A stretch of DNA of 64,000 nucleotides from Bacteroidales bacterium. GTDB taxonomy: Bacteria; Bacteroidota; Bacteroidia; Bacteroidales; UBA12077. The notes below the pieces were generated by a model, which ran no database searches, was not told the origin of the DNA, and saw only the letters and a program-made list of their open reading frames with translations. The stretch is taken from assembly GCA_028282585.1 (NCBI GenBank), contig JANQHR010000080.1, positions 1 to 64,000 on the forward strand, written 5' to 3'. Shown here one piece after another: positions 20,966 through 29,397 of this stretch (positions are counted from its first letter, which is position 1; every line of letters begins with the position of its first letter). A program made the position numbers and the translations under genes.

Positions 20966-23143
20966 ATGAAATACCCGAGATTAAGTTTAACAATCATTTT
21001 AATAGGTACTGCAATCACTAACATTTTTGCTCAACAGCCTCAAAAAGAAATTACTTTGGAAGATATTTACGTTAATAGTAAATTCTCAGAGAAAACTGTA
21101 AAAGGCATACGATCGATGAACGATGGAGAACATTTCACAACTCTTGAGGAAAGCAGGAAAATTGTTAAGTACAGTTATAAAACCGGTGAGCTTGTTGATA
21201 TACTGTTTAATACCATAGAAGCAAATTTTAAAATTGAAGCTTATGAATTTTCTTCTGATGAATCTAAGATTTTATTAGCGGTAAATGCAGAATATATCTA
21301 CAGAAGATCTTATACGGCAGATTATTACATTTATAATATTTTAAATCAAAAACTACAAAGATTAAGCGAAAATGGCAGGCAAAAATATGCACATTTCTCT
21401 CCAAATGCATTTAAAGTTGGGTTTGTTAGGGATAACAACATATTTATTAAGGATTTAGAATTAAATACTGAGAAAAAAATCACATTCGATGGTAAATTTA
21501 ATCATATCATAAATGGTGGAACTGATTGGGTTTATGAAGAAGAATATTCGTTTACCAGAGCTTTTTTCTGGTCGCCTAATGGTGATAAAATTGCATATTA
21601 CAAATTTGATGAAAGCGAGGTTAAAGTTTTCAATATGACTAAATACAATGAAGAGCTTTACCCGGAAAATTATGCTTTTAAATATCCAAAAGCCGGAGAA
21701 AAAAATTCAATTGTAAGTATTCATGTTTATGATCTAAATACAGATAAAACAAAACTAATGGATATTGGTAAAGAAACAGACCAATACATTACAAGAATTA
21801 AATGGATATATGAAAACAATAAACTAGCCATTATAAGATTAAACCGATTACAAAACCACATTGAAATTTTATTAGCAAATCCGGATAACGGAGAGTCCAA
21901 AGTAATTTATTCTGAAAAGAATAAATATTATATAAACCGGATTAAAGACTGGTACATGACAGCTACAGCAGATGGAAAACACTTTATCATTAATAGCGAG
22001 AAAGATGGTTGGAATCATTTATACTTATACAATATGGAAGGTCAGTTAATAAATCAAATTACAAAAGGAGATTGGGAAGTGACTGATTTTTATGGCATTG
22101 ACGAAGAAAACCAAACCATTTATTATCAATCGGCCGAAGAGTCCCCGTTAAAAAGAACAGTGTATTCGGTAAAATTAGATGGCTCTAATAAGAAGAAATT
22201 ATCAGAAAAAACCGGTACGAACAGTGCAAAATTCAGCGATGGTTTTAGATATCACATCAATACATATAGTAATATTAACACTCCAAAATACATTACACTG
22301 CATAATAAAAAGGGAAAAATAATCAGGGTATTGGAAGATAATGAAAAATTAAAACAAACAGCAAAAGAATACAATTTTAGTCCTGTTGAGTTTTTGTCAA
22401 TTAAAACACCTTCGAGCAAATGGGATTTAAACGCATTAATGATTAAACCAACTAATTTTGATGCTAATAAAAAATATCCTCTGTTGGTATTCTTGTACGG
22501 AGGCCCGGGTTCTCAAGTAGTTCAGGATACCTGGATTCGCAGACTGGCCTGGCACCAAATGCTGGCGCAAAAAGGATATATCGTAGCTTATGTGGACAAT
22601 AGAGGAACCGGAGGGCGTGGCGAAGAATTCAAAAAAATAACATATGGACAGTTAGGAAAATATGAAACCATTGATCAAATTGAAGCTGCAGAATACTTAA
22701 GTAGCCTTCCCTATATCGACGAAAAAAGAACCGGAATCTGGGGATGGAGTTACGGTGGTTATATGTCAACATCCTGTTTGTTTTTAGGTAGTTCGGTTTT
22801 TGAATTGGCTGTCGCGGTTGCTCCTGTAACAAGCTGGAGATATTATGATACTATATATACAGAACTTTATATGGGGCTACCACAGGATAATCCTGATGGT
22901 TACGATCAAAACTCACCGTTAAACCATGTTGAAAAATTGCAGGGAAAATATTTGCTAATACATGGTACTGCAGACGATAATGTACATTTTCAGAATGCAA
23001 TTGAATTATCAAGAAAACTTGTTGAGGCCAATAAACAATTTGATACGCATTTCTATGTGGATAAAGCGCACAGTATTAGAGGGGAAAAAACCCGCTTACA
23101 TTTATTTACCCTTATAACTGATTTTATATTGGAAAACTTATAA
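20966..23143 (+). CDS. dpp4: Dipeptidyl-peptidase IV (S9B)
   Basis: DWVYEEE, GWSYGG, HGTADDNVH; signal peptide. Confidence 0.93.
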   Translation: MKYPRLSLTIILIGTAITNIFAQQPQKEITLEDIYVNSKFSEKTVKGIRSMNDGEHFTTLEESRKIVKYSYKTGELVDILFNTIEANFKIEAYEFSSDESKILLAVNAEYIYRRSYTADYYIYNILNQKLQRLSENGRQKYAHFSPNAFKVGFVRDNNIFIKDLELNTEKKITFDGKFNHIINGGTDWVYEEEYSFTRAFFWSPNGDKIAYYKFDESEVKVFNMTKYNEELYPENYAFKYPKAGEKNSIVSIHVYDLNTDKTKLMDIGKETDQYITRIKWIYENNKLAIIRLNRLQNHIEILLANPDNGESKVIYSEKNKYYINRIKDWYMTATADGKHFIINSEKDGWNHLYLYNMEGQLINQITKGDWEVTDFYGIDEENQTIYYQSAEESPLKRTVYSVKLDGSNKKKLSEKTGTNSAKFSDGFRYHINTYSNINTPKYITLHNKKGKIIRVLEDNEKLKQTAKEYNFSPVEFLSIKTPSSKWDLNALMIKPTNFDANKKYPLLVFLYGGPGSQVVQDTWIRRLAWHQMLAQKGYIVAYVDNRGTGGRGEEFKKITYGQLGKYETIDQIEAAEYLSSLPYIDEKRTGIWGWSYGGYMSTSCLFLGSSVFELAVAVAPVTSWRYYDTIYTELYMGLPQDNPDGYDQNSPLNHVEKLQGKYLLIHGTADDNVHFQNAIELSRKLVEANKQFDTHFYVDKAHSIRGEKTRLHLFTLITDFILENL

Positions 23144-23192
23144 AGAAATTAGATGTTAAAATAATTCTGTATTCCGAATTCAAAATTTTGTT

Positions 23193-23200
23193 TATTTTTG
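23193..23200 (+). promoter_or_regulatory. Bacteroidota sigma-A -7 element upstream of the tRNA region
   Basis: TATTTTTG matches TAnnTTTG. Confidence 0.55.
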
Positions 23201-23209
23201 CAATCTAAT

Positions 23210-23335
23210 GCCCAAATGGCAAAACCTGTCTGCCGGCAAGTTTTGTCGATGCTCGCCTTGCGACATTGAACATCAGCGAAAAATTGTTCATAGCAAAGCT
23301 TTGAGTTTTTTCGGGGTTAGGCACGCGTGGTTAAA
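23210..23335 (+). pseudogene. Possible degenerate tRNA-Leu 5' remnant interrupted by a REP-like insert
   Basis: GCCCAAATGGCAAAA resembles a tRNA-Leu 5' end and is immediately followed by CCTGTCTGCCGGCAAG. Confidence 0.35.
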
Positions 23336-23350
23336 CGCTTTCTTACAATT

Positions 23351-23434
23351 GCCCAGGTGCTGAAATTGGTAGACAGGCATGGTTGAGGGCCATGTGTTCA
23401 TTTGGACGTGCGGGTTCGATTCCCGCCCTGGGCA
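23351..23434 (+). tRNA. tRNA-Leu(GAG)
   Basis: GCCCAGG acceptor pairs with CCTGGGC; anticodon arm CATGG-TTGAGGG-CCATG; long variable arm; GGTTCGATTCC T-arm. Confidence 0.95.
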
Positions 23435-23442
23435 CAATAATT

Positions 23443-23470
23443 AAAGATCTCCTTATAGGTGGTCTTTTTT
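23443..23470 (+). terminator. Terminator after tRNA-Leu
   Basis: AAAGATC.CCT-TAT-AGG.GGTCTTT hairpin plus T-tract. Confidence 0.6.
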
Positions 23471-23496
23471 AATGTCGGTTGCTGAGCTTTGCGTCA

Positions 23497-23520
23497 GCGT
23501 TCGAATCTTGTTCTGGGCAC
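23497..23520 (+). repeat. Degenerate duplicate of a tRNA-Leu 3' end (att-like scar)
   Basis: GCGTTCGAATCTTGTTCTGGGCAC versus tRNA GGGTTCGATTCCCGCCCTGGGCAC. Confidence 0.5.
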
Positions 23521-23522
23521 TT

Positions 23523-23690
23523 TTAATCAACATTTTTCTTTAAGATAGATTTAACAGGAAAAATAATCCTTTCTATTAATCTTAAATCTTGAGTAATGAT
23601 CTCTGCTTTACCTTTCATATTTTGTGAAAAAGGAAGGTTATTTCCATAATTTGTTGTCAGTCCGTTTGGGAAGCTAACAATGTTCTTCAC
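23523..23690 (-). pseudogene. C-terminal fragment of an HlyD-family secretion adaptor (peptide/bacteriocin exporter type)
   Basis: Translates as VKNIVSFPNGLTTNYGNNLPFSQNMKGKAEIITQDLRLIERIIFPVKSILKKNVD*, matching the typical PNGLTTNYG...AEIITxDLRLIER tail. Confidence 0.75.
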
Positions 23691-23716
23691 TTATTATTAA
23701 TCTCATTTTATCGTAA

Positions 23717-24772
23717 TTAGAATTTATACCATTCAGGATGTTTAATAAAATTCTCTGGAAAATCTATTGTTTGCCATCCAAGAAGAAATTGCTCATATAT
23801 TTTTTCATTTACTTGCCGCTTTTTATCAAGAATTTTATTATATAAATCCATTAGAAGTTTATCTTGCTCTTCTGAAAAAGTCCATAGAAATGTTCCTTCA
23901 GAAGAATATTTGGAAAAAAACTTAGGAGATTTAATATCGCTTAAAATATAGGAATACAAACTAGATAAAGTGCAAATACGCATTTCGCCATTCAAAACAG
24001 CTTTTCTAAGTATACTTATTAATGGATAATCTATTATACTATTGTTGTTACAATAACAAATTGCTTTTGAATATACATCAGGTCTATCTTCCATATAGCT
24101 GGGTATATAATCAGGTTTGTGCTTAGCACACATCATTTGTTGCTGCAAAAAATGTAAAATCAGAAGACCTGCTACAGGTGAAACGTCTCGTGGGTCTTTA
24201 ATATTCATTAAATTTTCATCTGGTACTCCAAACGAATCAATTAATTCAAGATAATAACTCATATTATCTACTACTACATATTTAAAAGAATCAATATATT
24301 CAACTTCACTAACGTTCATTTGTTTTCTATAATATTGATCTAAATCAATACGAGATTTTAATTCTTCTTTTATATCTGTTCTCTTTTTTTCATTAATACG
24401 TTTTAATTCTGAATCTAAATTACTTTTAAGAGTAATCCACTTTTTTTGATCTTTTATCAATGAATCATAATTCTCAATATAATAGCTTTTTGGAAGACCT
24501 TTTTCTAAAAGACTATATAAATAAGTGTAGGTTTTATCAAATTCTTTACATAATATTGAAGCTATACATGCATTATGATAATCTATTGCCCATGGAATAT
24601 CAACTTCGCTAAAAGCTTTTTCGTATGAACTTAAAGCTTCCTTATAATTAAATTCAAGTATATACAATTCGGCTTTACTTGTATTTAGGTAATATTTATA
24701 ATAATCTACACTAAAAACAGTGTTATTAAATCCAAAAAAGATCGTAATAAAAATTGCTATTTTTATTCTCAT
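23717..24772 (-). CDS. Secreted hypothetical protein (TPR-like N-terminus; DQxxR...N...GxP motif reminiscent of DUF6624-like proteins)
   Basis: 351-aa ORF with signal peptide; YKEALSSYEKAF, DLDQYYRK, LIDSFGVPDE, LLILHF. Confidence 0.7.
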   Translation of the reverse strand: MRIKIAIFITIFFGFNNTVFSVDYYKYYLNTSKAELYILEFNYKEALSSYEKAFSEVDIPWAIDYHNACIASILCKEFDKTYTYLYSLLEKGLPKSYYIENYDSLIKDQKKWITLKSNLDSELKRINEKKRTDIKEELKSRIDLDQYYRKQMNVSEVEYIDSFKYVVVDNMSYYLELIDSFGVPDENLMNIKDPRDVSPVAGLLILHFLQQQMMCAKHKPDYIPSYMEDRPDVYSKAICYCNNNSIIDYPLISILRKAVLNGEMRICTLSSLYSYILSDIKSPKFFSKYSSEGTFLWTFSEEQDKLLMDLYNKILDKKRQVNEKIYEQFLLGWQTIDFPENFIKHPEWYKF

Positions 24773-24861
24773 TTATTCTGAAGTTTATAATGTGTTAAGT
24801 CTTTAAATGTTAAATGACCATATCTCATTAATTAGATGTTAAATAATATTTTATACTATAC

Positions 24862-24904
24862 AAAAATACAATCCAGACAGAACTATACTTTCTGGATTGT
24901 AAAA
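24862..24904 (-). terminator. Hairpin/terminator after the precursor peptide gene
   Basis: TACAATCCAGA (24867-24877) / TCTGGATTGTA (24891-24901) perfect 11-bp inverted repeat plus T-tract. Confidence 0.75.
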
Positions 24905-24923
24905 CTTGAAAATTCGAGATTTA

Positions 24924-25130
24924 TTATTCTCTTTCGCAATCCCATGCTGCAATTAAATTGTCGTATTCATCAGTTGCATCACCACTACAGTTCCATACTT
25001 CAGTTGGTGATACCGAATGCGACCAAGAATTTGTACTATTAAGACCTCCTTTAAATAAGCGAAGGTCAGTTAATTCCTCATTTTCAAATTTTTGAAATAG
25101 ACCATTGTCTAAATTTTCAAATTTACTCAT
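24924..25130 (-). CDS. Double-glycine-leader precursor peptide (putative RiPP/bacteriocin)
   Basis: Leader MSKFENLDNGLFQKFENEELTDLRLFKGG, then a 39-aa core with 2 Cys, 3 Trp and many S/T/D/E. Confidence 0.75.
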   Translation of the reverse strand: MSKFENLDNGLFQKFENEELTDLRLFKGGLNSTNSWSHSVSPTEVWNCSGDATDEYDNLIAAWDCERE

Positions 25131-25147
25131 AATAATTTTAGATTTAA

Positions 25148-25181
25148 TTTCACCTACTCATTCCCTTTTCGGTATCCGGGA
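25148..25181 (-). ncRNA. Candidate structured leader RNA (pseudoknot with GAA/AGUA loop-E-like motif)
   Basis: TCCCGGATACCGAAAAGGGAATGAGTAGGTGAAA, GC-rich within AT-rich DNA, ending 17 nt before the precursor ATG. Confidence 0.5.
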
Positions 25182-25342
25182 CTAACTAAACTCAGAACAC
25201 CTTATTCAATTAGCTATACTAAATTACTTTCTTGTATTCTTTTTTTTCTGGAGTAGGGAATATTTGTCTAAAATTAATTTAATATGTAAGGGAATAATTA
25301 AGTTATAGAATTGATAAATTAGTCTTTGATTATACTATCCTC

Positions 25343-25579
25343 CTAAATTACATCTTGAAATTCAAAAACTAATTTAACAGGTTTAATATATTTATAAGAT
25401 TGTAAACACTTTTTAAACTCAATTGGTGCTCCTAATTCTTTAAGCAGATTTAGTTCTTCTTAAAGCTTACTTTCAGATATACCTATTTTATCTGCAAACT
25501 CCTTTGGAGATCCTGTAGCTTTCATCCTAATACATTTATCAATTCTTTTTAACCTTGCGATTCTATACAAAAGTGTCAT
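25343..25579 (-). pseudogene. Small winged-HTH DNA-binding protein with a premature stop
   Basis: MTLLYRIARLKRIDKCIRMKATGSPKEFADKIGISESKL*EELNLLKELGAPIEFKKCLQSYKY...; in-frame TAA at 25460-25462. Confidence 0.8.
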
Positions 25580-25822
25580 AAGTTTTTCTCCTCATTTATA
25601 TAAAATATACGTTCCCCTAACTATTCTATGAAAAGAACTGTTAAGGTTATCTAGAAATCATTTTCTATATATTAATTCCTTGATAAGTAAAAAGGTCACC
25701 CCTTAGCTGCTATGTTTTATAACACATGTTGAAAATGTATGAATATTACAATATGTTATTCAAATCAGAATCTTCATTTTTTTAAATCTGTTTAATATTA
25801 TTAATAATAAATTACCATTGTT

Positions 25823-26110
25823 TTACAACTTGGCAAGCAAAAGTAGAACTTCCAAATTATCAATATGTATATTCAGCAATTCTAAATGATGTGTGAACCA
25901 TGAATATTTTACACGGTATTTTTTGGTTAATGGTGTTAGTACCTTTCGGAATTTAACAGGATATAGCCCTGCAGATATACGAGTTTCACCTTTTACTTTT
26001 ATATCTCTTTTCTCATCTTCAATTACAAATGAGAACTTTTTACCATCTACAGTTAGCAATCCTAATGTACTTTCATTATCCCTTGCGATTCTTACGTTAA
26101 CTAATTTCAT
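25823..26110 (-). pseudogene. Truncated DUF5675-like phage protein
   Basis: STLGLLTVDG...IEDEKRDIKVKGETRISAGLY motif; the C-terminal part is missing or aberrant. Confidence 0.6.
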
Positions 26111-26149
26111 TTTTTAGTTTGTTATTTAAGGTATATTTACTCCTTATAA

Positions 26150-26338
26150 TTGCCCGCAAAAAATCAACTACGTAACTTAATTTTCTATGAACTAAAAGAT
26201 AATACATTAAAAATAACAATTTACGAATATTATAAAAAGCCGGAATACCCGATTGAACAATACGAAGAATTTAGAGACGTAGTAAACGCAGCTGCTGATT
26301 TTACAAAAATTGTTTTGGTTTTAAAACCAAACTCATAA
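26150..26338 (+). pseudogene. C-terminal fragment of a DUF3857/transglutaminase-like protein
   Basis: EYYKKPEYPIEQYEEFRDVVNAAADFTKIVLVLK tail without its N-terminal part. Confidence 0.55.
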
Positions 26339-26342
26339 AATC

Positions 26343-26371
26343 AAAAACAGGCCTAAAACGGCCTGTTTTTT
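26343..26371. terminator. Bidirectional terminator
   Basis: AAAAACAGGCC-TAAAAC-GGCCTGTTTTTT. Confidence 0.85.
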
Positions 26372-26398
26372 CATCACCAAGTACAACTTGAGCTTTGT

Positions 26399-27172
26399 TT
26401 ATTTTAAAGCTTTATCCATAATCTTATCAAACCGATTATCCATACAAACACTAACATCGGTAGTTGTAAATTTTCCCTTATAGAATAAACTAAAAATTGT
26501 TGCTGGTGTTGGTAAAGATTGAGCTTGCTCCATGGTTTCCACCTTAATTATTTCCAGTGGCAAATTTCTTTTTTGGGCTGTTTCGCTAAGTACTTTATTA
26601 ACGTAGTAATCTGTAAATGGGCAACGATTAGAATAATATACCACCAATCCTTCCTTATTTTCAACTTCTCCTTTTAAAACAGACTCCTTAAATTTAGGAT
26701 CCTTAGCATTCTTCTTTATTTTCATCGTTATTAAACTAAAACCAGAAGAAATTTCCTGAACAGTTTCAAATCCCTGACGTAATAACCATTTAGTATCGCT
26801 CATAAAGTGAAACTTTTTAGTACCCACAACCGTTACTAAACCATTTTTACCCTGTGATTTTGCATCTTCGAGGGCAAGCCTCAATAATTCTTTACCATAC
26901 CCATTGCCTTTATACTTTCCCGAAACCCAAAAACAATTTAAAAGCAAATAATTCGGAGCCTCAACCGGAGCCCACCCTTTTTCAGCAGGACCATATTCGA
27001 TAAATACTTTTGCCCTGGCATCGATTCTTCGAAAAACATACCCATTTTTAAATTCTTTTTTTAACCAACTTTTTTTGAACATATAACCTTCATGGCATTT
27101 CTTGTCTGAGATAGCACAACAGATATGTTCATTATCAATATTCGATTCATTCAATGTGATGATTTTCTCCAT
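26399..27172 (-). CDS. GNAT N-acetyltransferase with YoaP domain
   Basis: EHICCAISDKK, CFWVSGKYKGNGYG, AQSLPTPATIFSLFYKGKF. Confidence 0.9.
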   Translation of the reverse strand: MEKIITLNESNIDNEHICCAISDKKCHEGYMFKKSWLKKEFKNGYVFRRIDARAKVFIEYGPAEKGWAPVEAPNYLLLNCFWVSGKYKGNGYGKELLRLALEDAKSQGKNGLVTVVGTKKFHFMSDTKWLLRQGFETVQEISSGFSLITMKIKKNAKDPKFKESVLKGEVENKEGLVVYYSNRCPFTDYYVNKVLSETAQKRNLPLEIIKVETMEQAQSLPTPATIFSLFYKGKFTTTDVSVCMDNRFDKIMDKALK

Positions 27173-27207
27173 ATTCTTCTTTTTTTATCAAATTTAATAA
27201 CAGCAAG

Positions 27208-27223
27208 TGACAACCTTATGTCA
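27208..27223. promoter_or_regulatory. Palindromic operator TGACA-N6-TGTCA
   Basis: TGACAACCTTATGTCA just upstream of the -7 element (TAAATTTG, minus strand) of the YoaP gene. Confidence 0.55.
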
Positions 27224-27251
27224 ACAGGTTAATAATTAATTATGTTACATG

Positions 27252-27581
27252 TTATATGTTTCTCGTTCTTTTAATAACTAATATAGTTAAAACCAATACC
27301 GAGATTGTTACCCATAAAATAATGGTTAATAAAGCGATAGAAACTTCAATGTCAAATTTATTTTTAAGAAAATGAGATATTAATAAAAAAAACGGTGCAA
27401 GAGCCAATTTGATCAGAAAAAATAAAAAAGGTATAGAAATAGTAAACAATACAGGATACTTCCTAAAAATAGGATATTTTTCTCTGATTTTAACCATATA
27501 CTTCTTAAGATAAAAACTCCTTTTTATATCCCCTCTTTTTGTTCTCATATAATTACCTATTTCATAAAATCTAAAATTCAA
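27252..27581 (-). CDS. Hypothetical small membrane protein
   Basis: ORF with two hydrophobic segments; TTG start uncertain. Confidence 0.4.
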   Translation of the reverse strand: MNFRFYEIGNYMRTKRGDIKRSFYLKKYMVKIREKYPIFRKYPVLFTISIPFLFFLIKLALAPFFLLISHFLKNKFDIEVSIALLTIILWVTISVLVLTILVIKRTRNI

Positions 27582-27816
27582 TTAATAAGTAATAAAACAT
27601 TTCAATCTAAAGTGAAGAGTTCTAAAGTAAAATTTTACGCTTTTATAACGAATTATACAATTTACATATTTTGTTCGATATGGAAATTAGAAAATCATTA
27701 TTTTTTATAAAGTTGGTAATCAAAGAATAAAAAACTTCTTTCCAATCTGTAAAAAATTTTATAATTTGTGTACCTTAAAAATGAAATTTAATCAACTTTA
27801 CTAAAACCATTATCGC

Positions 27817-28194
27817 ATGAAAACTATAAAATCGTTATTCATACTTGGTTTAATTTTAATTGCTAACCAAGGTTTTGGACAGAAATTACCTGATAATTAC
27901 GAGGCTATTTTTAATGAATTGATCGATAATATGGAATTGATCCGCAGTGGAAATTCTGTTAAAAAAGGAAAAAGTACCCTGACCGTTTTTAATGAGAAAA
28001 AGATTGTTCTTCGTATGACTTATAACAAGCAAGTTAAAAATCTGACTTTTATTAAAGAAGCTGATGATGAGAATAAAATGGTTTGGAAAGCTTCAAACCA
28101 ACTTACTGCAGATATGGTTGACAGACACGAAGAGGACCTTACTGAAGAGTTAATGAAAATGCTCGAAGAAACTCGGGAAAAAGCTAAAGAGTAG
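27817..28194 (+). CDS. Hypothetical secreted protein
   Basis: Signal peptide MKTIKSLFILGLILIANQGFG. Confidence 0.75.
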   Translation: MKTIKSLFILGLILIANQGFGQKLPDNYEAIFNELIDNMELIRSGNSVKKGKSTLTVFNEKKIVLRMTYNKQVKNLTFIKEADDENKMVWKASNQLTADMVDRHEEDLTEELMKMLEETREKAKE

Positions 28195-28582
28195 ATCATT
28201 ATAGGATTTATCCAAATTATGAATATTCAATTGTTTGCATTATAAATTACAAAACTAATATCATAACCTCGAAACAAACACCTTCTGATTAAAATACAAT
28301 GATTGGAAATATTTCGGAATTGATATGATAATAATAAATATTAGGGATTAATTCTAAGTTGGTATTCATTTTGATCCAATACAAATTGAGATAACATTTT
28401 TTAATTTTAATAAGTTTATGCTATTTATTAGTTATTATTTAACCCCTTTTTACACTAAAATAATTATAAATTAATATTTTTATATACAACATTTTCTATT
28501 TTGGCATAGTTTTAGTATTTACGAGTCTGTTCAAAAATATCATTAATAATCCTATTCATTACTAACATAAAAATCAAAACAA

Positions 28583-29287
28583 ATGGTTAAAAAAATTTTA
28601 CTCGCAACTATTTTCTTTATTTCATGCGGATCTTTAATTGCACAAACATCAGATCTTGACTTCTTTACCGAAGGTGGTGAAAATTTCACACTTTATGTGA
28701 ATGGAGAGAAAATAAATGAACAACCCAAAAGTAAAGTTATAGCTGAAAATATCTCCGGTGATATGGCAGCTGTAAAAATTATATTTGAACAAGAAGGTTT
28801 GAGAGAAATCAAGTCTTCAATGCTAATCGATATGGGAAACTATATGGTTACGGTTATAAAGAAAAACAAAAAAGGAAAATATGTTTTTAGACCTGTTTCT
28901 TCTGAGCCTAAAGGTAATTATGAAATGGTTGAAGAAACAACCATGGTAGAAGTTCAACCAGAAGTTAAAGACTTAAAAGGTACTATAACCGCTAAAGTTG
29001 AAGGTAAGCAAATTATTCTTGAAGATGGTAGAGTTTTGAAATTCAAGCACATACCTCTAAATGGCACAACTCGGGTTTCGCTTGAAATGAAAGCTCCCGT
29101 TGATGCCCAGGTAACTTTATCATATGATGGTGAAGTTGTTAAATCTACCGAAGTACCATTTAATTATATTGAAATGGATTACAAAAAAAATAATGCTTAC
29201 ATTAAATTGGAAGTAACTGAATCAGACAAAAACTGGTCAGTTAAGCTTAAAAACATGAACGGTTATAGAATTGAAGTATATCAATAA
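28583..29287 (+). CDS. Hypothetical secreted protein
   Basis: Signal peptide; FFTEGGENFTLYVNG N-terminal domain; followed by a terminator. Confidence 0.75.
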   Translation: MVKKILLATIFFISCGSLIAQTSDLDFFTEGGENFTLYVNGEKINEQPKSKVIAENISGDMAAVKIIFEQEGLREIKSSMLIDMGNYMVTVIKKNKKGKYVFRPVSSEPKGNYEMVEETTMVEVQPEVKDLKGTITAKVEGKQIILEDGRVLKFKHIPLNGTTRVSLEMKAPVDAQVTLSYDGEVVKSTEVPFNYIEMDYKKNNAYIKLEVTESDKNWSVKLKNMNGYRIEVYQ

Positions 29288-29307
29288 GCGTTAAAATAAT
29301 TATAGAG

Positions 29308-29336
29308 ATAGGCTGTCTTGTCAGACAGCCTATTTT
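29308..29336. terminator. Intrinsic terminator between convergent genes
   Basis: ATAGGCTGTCT-TGTC-AGACAGCCTAT-TTT. Confidence 0.8.
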
Positions 29337-29397
29337 ATTGGGAATTCCTTGGATTATCCTCAACCATTTTGTGTTTTGGAAATTTAACCATTAAAAT

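Noticed and set aside
24836-25042. 68-aa plus-strand ORF opposite the precursor peptide
   Set aside because: It runs through the terminator hairpin; the minus-strand ORF has the leader motif and operon context
25460-25462. Stop-codon readthrough or recoding in the HTH gene
   Set aside because: TAA is used as a normal stop throughout the window; a point mutation (probably from Tyr) or a sequencing error is simpler
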